From Octopus bimaculoides (lineage: Eukaryota), in contig NC_068989.1 in the NCBI RefSeq assembly GCF_001194135.2, forward strand, positions 51,017,926-51,054,494: 36,569 bases of DNA, given 5' to 3'. A program made the translations under genes and the position numbers. Below, one piece after another: positions 23,566 through 34,940 of this stretch. Within the stretch, counting starts at the first letter, position 1, and each line of letters begins with the position of its first letter. A model generated the notes under the pieces. The model did no database searches, was not told the DNA's origin, and worked only from the letters and a program-made list of their open reading frames with translations.

Positions 23566-25184
23566 TCTTAGGCTGCTTCCTCACTGGAGACTTTTTCGAA
23601 TTTCGATGCCAACTACCCAAAGTTTGAAGCTAAAGAGTAACTAAACAACGAGGAATATCATAATATAAGCGATAAAAGACATGTGCTTAGATTATTGAAA
23701 ATCCATTTCAACAGCGCATAAGAAAAACGCTATAATTTTATTTCATAATTCAATATCATAACACAAGCCTTAACCCATGTTTCGAGCCTCATTTCCAATG
23801 TCTTCATACTTTTTGTTGCTATATTTCTCGATGTATCTTCTACAATCTCTACCTGCATTTTTAAAAGATATCACTTATTCAATTCTTATGACATTATTCT
23901 ATTGTGGTTTCATTTCGTTTTTTTTTTCGAAAATAATGGATTATTTATAGGAAATCTGTTTTTTTAAATAATTGATAAAATATATTTGGTGAATTTCTGT
24001 CTATTATTTAACAATGTGGATATATAGATTTAGAAGTATATTCCCTCATCACATTCTGTATTTCTCAAGTTGTGTGCTCTTACAGTAAACGATTCACATC
24101 TTACAACCGCATCCAAAAGTTCATAGCGACTCTACAAATGACGAAATCTATACAGGGCATTTCGACATACTACATGTAGTAGTTAAGTATCATTAGAATC
24201 AGCCTTAAAAATGAGGACCAGTTGGATAAACGTGCTCTTGGGTTCCCTACTCAGAGGAAACACAGTGGTTTGTCACCACTAGAATACTTTCTATATTAGA
24301 TCGAATTGGTGTGTTGAAATGGAAATTACCAAACTAAGAGAACAACTGCAAATTCCAAAGCAATCACTCATATTCTACATGTTTTACACATATACATCTA
24401 AATTCCACCACAGACCACATCTCATCTTTTGAAGAATAGGTTGAATATGTTGCGAATAATATTTGTTCCCTATCTTAAAATGGCGAAGTATTCAGTTTAA
24501 GGTTTGTTATGCCTAACACGACACAATTTTACCATCACTAGCTTGTATGTGTATTTGAAACTACAGATCAAACTGTGCTGTAAGAACAGGATTTCTTACA
24601 AGGCTATTTTCTAAAGTTCTCGCCAATATACACCCAGTGTACAATCGCACCATTTGTCTGCGACTACGAGGAAAGTGATTCACATCAGTGGCAATTAGGC
24701 TGTTAGATAGAAACTAGATATTTTACATTCTTTGAAATATTTGCATAATGTCTGGTGCCTATCAATTTTCGACGTGTTCACCTACACTTATACAAAATTT
24801 ATATTCTTAATACTATCGATGTAGTGGTTCCATATAGATAACTTCTATAGATAACACCTTGTTGATTATGAGCAATTATTGCTTCTGCACAGCTCTTCGT
24901 AATAAAATAGGCGCTTCATATTGATTCCTTCGTAAGACATAGATGTATCTTAATATATTATCATTCGTCCATAATTTAGTTTACATTCAAATGTGAAGTT
25001 TCGATAACTATGAATTTGCTTACTAAAAGCACAGTTTGGACTACTCGGAACTTATCCCTAGATACCTGGTTGCCACAAATACTTTCGTGCCGTTTCTACA
25101 GCTTTTTGTATTCTTTCACAAGAAGCGTTATCGATCTATTTCTCATTGAGATTACACATCTCTCTGGTTGTATACTTGTCTCTG

Positions 25185-25565
25185 TCATTGAGGTTTATCA
25201 TCAATGGCTATGATATAAAGAAATCTTGCATTTCGTCCCCTTTTTATTCAACAATGATGCTGGTTGAAGAAAGTTACTCAGAACATAATGTACGTGTTCC
25301 AGCAAGATTCTGCTTCGTCTCGTGCAACATTCACACCATTGGCGTGATGGCTGAACATTTTTATGATCATGTTTCTTCTACCATTTGGCCTCCTAGATCC
25401 TCGATTTAAATCATTTGGAATAATATGTGTGGGGCGTCGTTCAGACCTACAAAAATGCCCACAATAACAAGGACTAGTTGATGTCTGCTACTGAAATCGT
25501 TTGATTAAGATGAGTAAAGATTACGTAATTAACACAAGTACGTGTCAGAAGACGTGTCAAGGTAA
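25185..25565 (+). mobile_element. Tc1/mariner-superfamily transposase remnant (maT/DD37D-like catalytic end)
   Basis: Frameshifted translation: YVFQQDSAS.. / AEHFYDHVSSTIWPPRS / DLNHLE*YVWGVVQ..KNAHNNKD*LMSA. This matches FQQD..WPPxSPDLNPLDYYVWG. The subgroup is inferred from motif style only. Confidence 0.85.
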
Positions 25566-25885
25566 TAGGAGGATTATTGAATTCCTATTTGCATGCTTTT
25601 CTAACATAATATGTACAACTTTCTATAAAAGCATAATGCATTTTCTTATAAATATTTAATTTTCTTTAAAGTAAAGTTTCGTTCTCAATTACCTGACCCA
25701 CGGTAGTGCGTTGGTTCGCTTGATGAAATTATTTGTTAAGGCCTTTTAATTTTGTATGTCGGGCAATAGATTGATTGAGTAACAGAGAAACATGAACACA
25801 CTTATAAAGCAAATAAAAAAAAACAGCTGTAAATCAAAGATGCACAAAGAAAGAAATATGAAAAGCCTATTATCAATGTGTTCCT

Positions 25886-26180
25886 GGTGCATGGCTTTGT
25901 GGTTAGCGTGTTGCGCTAACGATCGCATGATCGTGGTTTCAGTTCTTAGAGTGACAAGTGTGTTGAGTTCTTCAGCAAAACACTACATCCTACGTTGCTC
26001 TACGATCACTTCAACACCTGAGGCGTAGCACATTATGCACCTGTTCAGGGAACATCGGCTTCATGGAGTAAGTGAGCTAATGTACAGCACATGCATTTGA
26101 TGAATACGAACAAATCATTTCTGCAGGTGTTTCGGCAAAAATCTGAACACTAGTACGTTGTCCTCGATGAGAGAGTCGAT
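25886..26180 (+). mobile_element. Degenerate tRNA-derived SINE, family 4
   Basis: Head GGTGCATGGCTTTGTGGTTAG..CGTGGTTTCAGTTC (A/B-box-like), followed by CTTCAGCAAAACACT, which resembles the post-tRNA motif of the other SINEs in this window. Confidence 0.6.
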
Positions 26181-26201
26181 AATATATGTATATATATATA
26201 A

Positions 26202-26415
26202 TTTCTTTTCTACCCTAGACATAAGGCCCGAAATTTTGGTGATTGGGGCCAGTCGATTAGATCGACCCCAGTTCGCAGCTGGTATTAATTTATCGAACCC
26301 GAGAGGATGAAAGGCAAAGTTGACCTCGGTGGAATTTGAAATCAGAACGTAAAAACAGACAAAATACTGCTAAACGTTCGCCCAGCGTGCAAACGTTTCT
26401 GCCAGGTCGCCGCCT
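26202..26415 (-). mobile_element. tRNA-derived SINE, family 2 (uninterrupted copy)
   Basis: Collinear with 18224-18350 plus 18666-18754; carries the empty site AAAGTTGACCTCGG once. Confidence 0.9.
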
Positions 26416-26644
26416 TTATTTGTATACATGTATACACAAATTATCATTTGTCATGTGTATACTAAAGCATACCTTGATACTGTGCGGACTAAGATCCCCG
26501 CTGACAGGCTGCTGGTATTTATGGAGTGTTAAATACTTTCGGTATGCACATTTGGGACTCCTTCATTGAGTAACAGCTGCATTTGTTATGTATATAAACG
26601 GTTGGCTGATAGTTTCTCTGGAGATTGTCAGAACGATATAGACA

Positions 26645-26685
26645 CCTTTGATGAGAACCCAATAAGGTTCGAACATCGATTGGGA
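26645..26685 (+). ncRNA. Degenerate hammerhead-like motif
   Basis: TTGATGA-GAACC-CAATAA-GGTTC-GAAC-ATCGAT: 5-bp stem II with two core deviations; no clean stem I or cleavage triplet. Confidence 0.3.
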
Positions 26686-26763
26686 TTGTTCATTTTTTTT
26701 CAGTCTGCGTAGAAATGGCTAATATTTGCCCTGTTTATAATTATACCATATGATATATATATA

Positions 26764-27431
26764 NNNNNNNNNNNNNNNNNNNNNNNNNNNNNNNNNNNNN
26801 NNNNNNNNNNNNNNNNNNNNNNNNNNNNNNNNNNNNNNNNNNNNNNNNNNNNNNNNNNNNNNNNNNNNNNNNNNNNNNNNNNNNNNNNNNNNNNNNNNNN
26901 NNNNNNNNNNNNNNNNNNNNNNNNNNNNNNNNNNNNNNNNNNNNNNNNNNNNNNNNNNNNNNNNNNNNNNNNNNNNNNNNNNNNNNNNNNNNNNNNNNNN
27001 NNNNNNNNNNNNNNNNNNNNNNNNNNNNNNNNNNNNNNNNNNNNNNNNNNNNNNNNNNNNNNNNNNNNNNNNNNNNNNNNNNNNNNNNNNNNNNNNNNNN
27101 NNNNNNNNNNNNNNNNNNNNNNNNNNNNNNNNNNNNNNNNNNNNNNNNNNNNNNNNNNNNNNNNNNNNNNNNNNNNNNNNNNNNNNNNNNNNNNNNNNNN
27201 NNNNNNNNNNNNNNNNNNNNNNNNNNNNNNNNNNNNNNNNNNNNNNNNNNNNNNNNNNNNNNNNNNNNNNNNNNNNNNNNNNNNNNNNNNNNNNNNNNNN
27301 NNNNNNNNNNNNNNNNNNNNNNNNNNNNNNNNNNNNNNNNNNNNNNNNNNNNNNNNNNNNNNNNNNNNNNNNNNNNNNNNNNNNNNNNNNNNNNNNNNNN
27401 NNNNNNNNNNNNNNNNNNNNNNNNNNNNNNN
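26764..27431. other. Largest assembly gap (others: 1694-1788, 5973-6080, 11311-11465, 15262-15450, 16718-16727, 20547-20755, 21426-21886)
   Basis: Runs of N; most are flanked by (TA)n on one or both sides. Confidence 0.99.
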
Positions 27432-27572
27432 ATATATACATATACACGCACATATATATATAAATATAAAGTAAAAAACTAAGGAAACATTCCTTCAGTG
27501 GTGTATGTAAAACATCCAATTCACTAGTACGTTGACGAAATACCACATAAATATAGGTATAATTCAAATTAC

Positions 27573-27976
27573 AACAATGAATTAAATATAGAGATACGAT
27601 TGACAAGCCAATAATTTATTTATATTATAATATAACATAATATACTATGAATATAATATAATATAACAGAAAGAATTTTTAAAAAACCAAGAAAGCCAAC
27701 AATTTGTCTCGACTTATATATATATGGTTATATATGAACAATTCAATTCCTTTATATAAGCCTTATCAGAGCCAACGGTTTGAAGATTGACGAAATTCCT
27801 TTCACGGGCAATTTCTTCTATCTTCAAACCATTGGCTCTGGTGAGTCTTATATAGGGGAATTGAATAATTGTTGATGTTATTTTATATTATACTATATTC
27901 ATAGTATATTATGTTATATTATAATGCAAAAATATCACTGGATTGTCTATTGTATCTCTCTATTTAATTTATTGTT
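27573..27976. repeat. Long imperfect inverted repeat (foldback), centre about 27798-27809
   Basis: Arm segments match as reverse complements, e.g. ATTATAATATAACATAATATACTATGAATAT and TATATAAG..T.A.CAGAGCCAA.GGTTTGAAGAT. The right arm lacks about 70 bp present in the left arm. Confidence 0.9.
27692..27774 (-). ncRNA. Degenerate hammerhead-like motif, copy 1
   Basis: Minus strand: GGCU-CUGAUAA-GGCUUAUAUA...UAUAUAAGUC-GAGA-CA-AAU-UGUU-GGCU. A 10-bp stem II and 3-bp stem III are present, with two core substitutions. Confidence 0.45.
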
Positions 27977-28062
27977 TGCACACACACGTACACACACATA
28001 TATTAATATATATGTATATGTAATATAAGATAACATAAACAATTATTAAAAAACCAAAGAAT

Positions 28063-28119
28063 GCCAACAACTTCTTTCGACTTATATATATATTCCCTTA
28101 ATCTAAGCCTTGATCAGTT
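28063..28119 (-). ncRNA. Degenerate hammerhead-like motif, copy 2 (direct repeat of part of 27660-27770)
   Basis: Minus strand: CUGAUCA-A-GGCUUA...UAAGUC-GAAA-GAAGUUGUU-GGC. It keeps the GAAA box that is mutated in copy 1. Confidence 0.4.
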
Positions 28120-29578
28120 AGTACATATGTTCTGTCTCGTGTGTCTAGTATTGCTGCAATGTATATTTTTTGTGTTTACTTTTTGTAGTATTTATATAGT
28201 CGTTATGTCATTTACATACATATGTATGCGTGTATGTCAGTACGTGCATGCACGTGCTTCCTTGTGCCTATGTGCGTACGTGTATGAGATAGATATATTC
28301 GTACGCATATTTATGCACAACACTATGCGAATCGTACACATCTATTACGTATACGCATAATTTTCTAGTTGAGCCCATTCAGCATATTCTGATAACGAAC
28401 AATAAGCAAAACGCAAGTGCCTTTCTACATGGAAGCTATTCCTAAAACATCACAGATATCTACCTCAAGTGTCTACTTCTGGAAACAGAAATTTTCATTA
28501 GAATAAGATGGAGTGTATACCTGGATGGAAATATCCTGCAAAATTCCTAAGAATGAATACGCATAAAATCTACTAGGTTTTGCTGAACATGCTACTTTAC
28601 ATTTCGAACATGAGTTACCGTTAGTGATAAAAACATGAAATAAGGCAGACATATAAATCTATTCCAAAAATATAGACACACTAAAAGTGTCAGATTTTCA
28701 AAGTGGAAATATCTAAATTTATTTATGAATTACATAAATGCAATAGTAGTTCGCGATGTATTTTTTTAATGTATAACTATATCCATTCTGACGACAAAAT
28801 AATTTATACAATTGTAAATGATATAACTACTATATAAATACTACAAAAAGTAAAAACAAAATAATGAACATTGCAGCAATACTAGACGCACGAAACGGAA
28901 AATATGTGCTAATTGATCAAGGATCCTACTTCTGGATTAAAATACTAGGTATGAAACTTTATGAATCTTGCTTCCTCCTGCCCTTGGCGCCATCAGAAAG
29001 CAGGTGTTCCATTCTATCATTCAGGAAATTTCTTTCAGTTCCTCTTACCTCTTTAACACTAAACTAATACTTTTATCAATTTGTTTCCGTAGAATAATAT
29101 GCACGTCCTCTTGAATTTTCGATATTTCACACTAGTATCCTTCTGTTATTCCGCTCGTTATTATAGCAGCTACGAAGATCATCGAATCATGGAAAATTGT
29201 GAAATCCATCTATATCGGTGGATTACAGCCCAGGAGACCAATTCTATTTTAAATCAAAACTACGCATCTACAGAATGAAATAAAACACAAATTTCGTTGT
29301 CAAGATTACGGGAGAGAAGTACTTTTGTCGGCGTGTAATATTTTACACCTATAATTTGAGAACATCTCTGTTCCTGCTGAACAGTTTTAACTTAAGACCC
29401 ACCGATCGATTCCAGAAGGATCTATACAGTTTCCTTCACGAACCTTGGCTTTCCATTACAGTTGCTCGCAGTCTACATATAGTAGATAGCAAGTGTTTAA
29501 ATATTAATCTATTAATAGATTATACTTAATTTCTCTGGACAAAGAGAGAGAAGAAATAATGCAAGCCATTTATAGTTA

Positions 29579-29790
29579 TATGAGGTGCGTTCAGAAGGTA
29601 TTCTTCTTTATTTTCCCCCGCCAAATCTAGTGCCGACTTGGCCAACTTTGGAGCTGAGTGGAGACGCCCGTCTTCCTGCGATTACGCGAAAAGTCCGGCG
29701 CCGGTATGCTGTATTAGTTTCCGGCTGCTACACCTGGACTAAAGAGGTATAGTGAGTGGTGTGTACAGTATGCGTAGAGAAATTCATCTA
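29579..29790 (+). mobile_element. Possible mariner 5'-end fragment
   Basis: GC-richer island starting TA-TGAGGTGCGTTCAGAAGG (mariner-TIR-like), with decayed TWTKEV...REIH reminiscent of a mariner N-terminus. No convincing second TIR. Confidence 0.35.
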
Positions 29791-30055
29791 TGTAATACAA
29801 TATTAGATTCTTATATGATTTCTTTAAATTATGTATCAATCATTTATACGAGTAATTGTTGAACGACACAAATTGACGATACATTAAAAGCACCTTCTGC
29901 GAGGTGTCGTTAATGTATCAGGTGACTGTCCTGGAGAAGAAACCTTTCTCATGTATCAAGAATAAAGACAACATAGAAGGAGTGTGTTTACCTTTCTCTC
30001 TGTCATTATAAAAGATAAATCCCGGCAACGTTTATTCCGAAACTTCTGATCCATG

Positions 30056-30439
30056 TTGTTGGCACTCCATCACTTACGACGTCGAGGCTTCCAGTTGATC
30101 CGATCAACGGAACAGCCTGCTCGGGAAATTAACGTGCAAGTGGCTGAGCACTCCACAGACACGTGTACCCTTAACGTAGTTCTCGGGGATATTCAGAGTG
30201 ACACTGTGTGACAAGGCTGACCCTTTGAATTACAGGTACAACAGAAACAGGAAGTAAGAGTGAGAGAAAGTTGTGGTGAAAGAGTACAGCAGGGTTCACC
30301 ACCAACCCCTGCCGGAGCCTCGTGGAGCTTTAGGTGTTTTCGGTCAATAAACACTCACAACGTGCGGTCTGGGAATCGAAACCGCGATCCTATGACCGCG
30401 AGTCCGCTGCCCTAACCACTGGGCCATTGCGCCTCCACG
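30056..30439 (-). mobile_element. Full-length, well-preserved tRNA-derived SINE with 11-bp TSD
   Basis: TSD TCTGATCCATG at 30045-30055 and 30440-30450. Minus strand GTGGAGGCGCAATGGCCCAGTGG (A box), GTTTCGATTCC (B box) and a short CAA tail. Confidence 0.95.
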
Positions 30440-33400
30440 TCTGATCCATGACTTGTGCATAAAATACATGTTCCATCAATGAACCATGAATACCTCTTCA
30501 TTCTAGCATTCCAATGTGCTTTCATGTGTAAATATAGGAAGGGGAAAGAGGCAATGATACAAATGACTAAAGATATAAACCTTAAAAACTGTACTTCAAA
30601 CTAAGTTAAATAAAATGTGCAATTGATAAAGCTTCCACATGTCTTCACCATATTAGACTGCCATATTTGTATGCAAGGAAACAAGGATGCGACCAAATGT
30701 TTTAGCACATGGAACGTAAATTAAATTTAAATGAACATTTCATAGTTTTATAAAAACGTAAGAGAGATCAACGTATTCTTTATCATGGATAACGTTTCAG
30801 GGTTATATAAATACTATTACATTTATATATTAAGCATGATATTATATATGACAACAGAATCCAGAAAAAAGGAATAAAGTACGGTTTACATAGATTTTAA
30901 AATATGATTCATATGATTATCTCCAGGCTGATACATTACAAGTTCATATCATACTACAGTCTGTAGGCTATTAAAAAAAAAACGAAACAAGCTGCTTAAG
31001 TTCTATAGCCTTAATTTGCTCGATGTGTGACTTGTTCACGTTACACCTCATAAGGTAGAGCACATATATTAGAATTAATGGTGTCTTACACAATGCAAAT
31101 ATCTTTCACTAAGCAAATACTAGTTTGTAAAATATAATTTAATAACTTATTGATTGTCGAACTTTATAGAAATAACTCTGTCTTTTAGAATAAATATATA
31201 GTACAAGTGATACTAAAGGATTTATTGAATGTGATGTTACTTTATAAATTTGGCTTATACGTGAATCACTACGTATGTACTTACATAAGTATGTTATAGA
31301 GTATTAGTGTAAATCTATTTGGCATTGTACGCATGAAAGTCGATTAGAGAGAGATTAGTTACAGAATTAATTTACCGAGGGTGTATTATTAATTCAGCAT
31401 AATGTTTTAGAGGCGTGTGAATTATGAATTAAATCAATATCTCCCTTAGGACTATTTAACAGTTAAAATACCATGTAAAACGTTGTTATTTTAATCTGGT
31501 TACTAATATGTCTCACACTAATACTATATAATTTAGTTCAGTATAACTCATGAAGTTAAGTTATACAATGTACTTGAACTTTTATATATTCGTTTAGGAA
31601 AACTTTATATTTAACTACTGTAAACAAAATATGGTTAGGGGATATAACATTCAGCACAAGGTTTATTAAGTTTTCTTGGGTGGGGTGTTCTAGTCAAAGC
31701 ATTAAACATTTTAAAGGTAAGCGGTACGTGCTTCACATAGGTACATATATTTAAGATCACAGTACAATTGTAGATTGACGTACGAAATACAATATGTTTG
31801 ATTTGAGGTTAAAAGTTGAAATTTAAGGACATAACTACAAGGAATATTGCCCAAGTGCAAAGGCATCAATATTATAAAATTATGAAAAAAACATTTCAAG
31901 CAAGTAAGAGAAAAATTGCACCTATTCCTCTGTCTGCGACTCATCTAATGCCTTGCTTCACCCACACCATATATTCCTCTCCAATCGTACTTTTTAATAT
32001 GCTTTTGATTTCTCTTGCACGTTTTTCATTTATTTCTATCTTTGCCAGTCTAATACGGTTAAGACTACATTAAAATGCCTGCTCTCTTCACTCATTAAAT
32101 CTTCGTGCTTTGAGTTTATTCACTTGCACTCTCCCTCCTGTTGGTTAATCCCTTTCTTCTCATCTTACGGGCATCCGTCTGTTTTTTCATGTTCAGTCTC
32201 TACTTTTTTTATTCACTCTAATTCACTTGTGCGTGAAATCATAATAAACGATCCACATTTTCGGATGTTAGCTCATGGATGTTATGTTAATTAAAAAATC
32301 GTTACGTGAAAGATATATCTCAAGAGTGGTCCAGTTTTATTCCATTGATTTCCAATGTTTCAGCTCGGAAAACACCTCGTAATCTACTAAATGTACGTGT
32401 TTATTAACGTACGTGTTTATTAACCCTATAGTCAGAAAGACAGTTTCAGTCTATAATACATAGTGATTTAGGTTTTAATCGACAATAGAATAAAGATCTA
32501 TGGAAAATTGTTCGATTACATATGATGGGGAAGGGATATAGATTGCACCAATATAAGGAAACAATTTTCTGGCTTAAATCTGTGAGGATAAGCGACAACT
32601 TCAATATATACTCATTCATCTGGACATGACGAATTAGTAGGAAGTCATGTAAAAACTGAGACTAAAATCCGCTAAGGAAAGATATCCGGTAAAGAGTTTT
32701 TTGATAGCGATAAAATAGACATAAAGATAACAATATAACTTTTGTTCTCGTGTGGTACCATATATATCAAACAGAAATGAATTGGGAGATGGAAGCATAT
32801 ATATGAGTCAGAAAAAGGATTGAAAAATTCCATTAGCAAACGTATTACCAATTTCGACGACGAATTGGCTGATAATCTATTTTATAATGTGGTTATGGAA
32901 GAGGTAAATGAAGTACAATATGAATTTATAAACAGTATTTGCTTCGGTGAATTATCAAATATCGCATTTAATCTGAACATAACATAAACTGATATCACTT
33001 TCTTTTTTTTTAATTTTAAATTCATTAATTTAGTTATTTCCAGAAGCATCTCTTAGAAACCGTGTTCATTTGTCACATCGCTTCCTTCAGAAATATACTG
33101 TTCAATAAATATTTTTATTCCTGCAATTATAACGATTTCGTTAAATAAATAATTATCATATGAATAAATTCAAAACTCTTAGCTCATGCGATCTAACCTC
33201 TGAATAATTTAAATGGAATGAAGACTGTAAATTTATTAAATCGATATTTTATTTTTAATCCCTATCTAGTTCTCTCGTTTTCCACTTAATAAAGAATGAG
33301 ATTAATCAGAAATAAATGTACAACATGCATATACATTCCAGAACACAGTAGTTCGCCAAATTCATAATATTATGTACATAAATACATGGAAATTATAATC

Positions 33401-34464
33401 TAAAAATAAAGTCCGTCTTCTGAGATCAAACAGAAAATTAAGAAATTTCTAAGGACTAATAAAATATCTGTTGTATGATATTCTTTGTAAGATATATCGC
33501 TTTAATAACTTTCTGATAACAGGATAATATTATTTATTATATTAATGCAATGAAATAGTATTGGTATTTTTATCCCCAACAAATACATAGAAATACAGAT
33601 TTGATTAAGAGATGCGTACTTGTTAAAATTTGTCGTTGAATATAAAACAGTAATTTTATATTTAACTACGAATCAGCATAACACAGCATTTATATCTGTG
33701 TGAAAATACTTACGAGTTATGCAAGTAATTAAATTAAATATTCTTCCTTACAACATTCTGTCGAGTTAACTTGATAATAATTTATCGGAATATTTCGTCT
33801 ATAAACAATTTCATTTTAATCGATTCTCATGCGAAAATTATTTATAAGATTTGATACACAACCATATAGTATTCATATGTAATTTTATTATTATAGATTA
33901 CAATATAAGCAAACTTTACAGAGACAAGTACATTTTACATTTAAATTACTACAATATGAATACAGTCAGGTCTGATAAAATATTACATTTAATTCGGTTT
34001 TCTTCACTTCTTTATTTGTCAACAAATTTTAATAGTAATGACATATACTTATTCATACAAACATATAATAGCAGACACTATATAACATTTTGTTAGATTT
34101 CCTTTGTATTTGTTATGCCAAAGAGACTAAAACATGTTGACGTCTCTTTTGTCGTTTCACCTCCCAGAATCGACTGAAAAAGGTTCACTTTAAAATGTCA
34201 AGTTGAATTGAATGATTTACATGTTCATACTTTGTATCTTACCCAGTTCGAATTTATAATAAATGCAATATAACATTTTAATCATACAACATCCGTTTCA
34301 AAGGAATACTTGTTGAGTGAGTTAAAGCATTTACAATTATTATCGAAGCTATTTTTATTAGTAATAAACAGTATTGTGGTAATAGCATGTAGTTTTTCGT
34401 TTTAGTGTAAATTCGTAAATAAAATTTTATCAATTTCAATGCTTTCTCTTTTCAAATATATTGC

Positions 34465-34940
34465 AGCTGTGGGCAAGACTTCCTTTTGTAACACCCCAAA
34501 GCACCCCTTTTTTTATTTAATTTTTTTCTACAGAAATCCCCTTTTTCGGCTACGGAGAATACGAATCTGCAAAGAAATTGGCAAAAAATCGCAATTTTGA
34601 AATTACCCCTTCTTCATTTTAAACTTTTTTCAGTAATTTCTTTCAAAATATGCAGAAAAATACGGAGATTATGATCATGAAAAACATTTCCAAAACTTTT
34701 GTAAAATTGTTTTTTCACAAATTTCTTTTTCTCAAAATATGCGGGAAAATACGGAGATTATGATTCTGAAACAAATTTCCAAACTATTGCTACTTGAGGT
34801 TAGGGTTTCAAGGTTAGAGTTAAGTATTTAGGTTTATGGTTAGGGTTTTAGGGTTAGGGTTACGGTTGGGGTTTTAAGGTTAGTGCTACGGAAAAATACG
34901 ACCTTCACTTTTCACGGATTGTGAAATAAATAAAACCTTT
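34465..34940. repeat. Unclassified element with an internal ~89-bp direct repeat and a degenerate TTAGGG-like tract
   Basis: AAAATATGC..AAAATACGGAGATTATGAT..TGAAA..ATTTCCAAA occurs near 34646 and 34735. A TACGGA(G/A)A motif recurs at 34551, 34661, 34750 and 34887. A GGTTAG/TTAGGG-like run spans 34798-34885. Boundaries are approximate. Confidence 0.55.

Noticed and set aside
28864-29280. Apparent two-exon gene with a 144-bp GT-AG intron (donor near 28949, acceptor near 29092)
   Set aside because: Splicing creates an immediate stop in every compatible frame, and there is no recognisable domain.
34798-34885. True telomere or chromosome end
   Set aside because: Short, degenerate and flanked by ordinary sequence on both sides.
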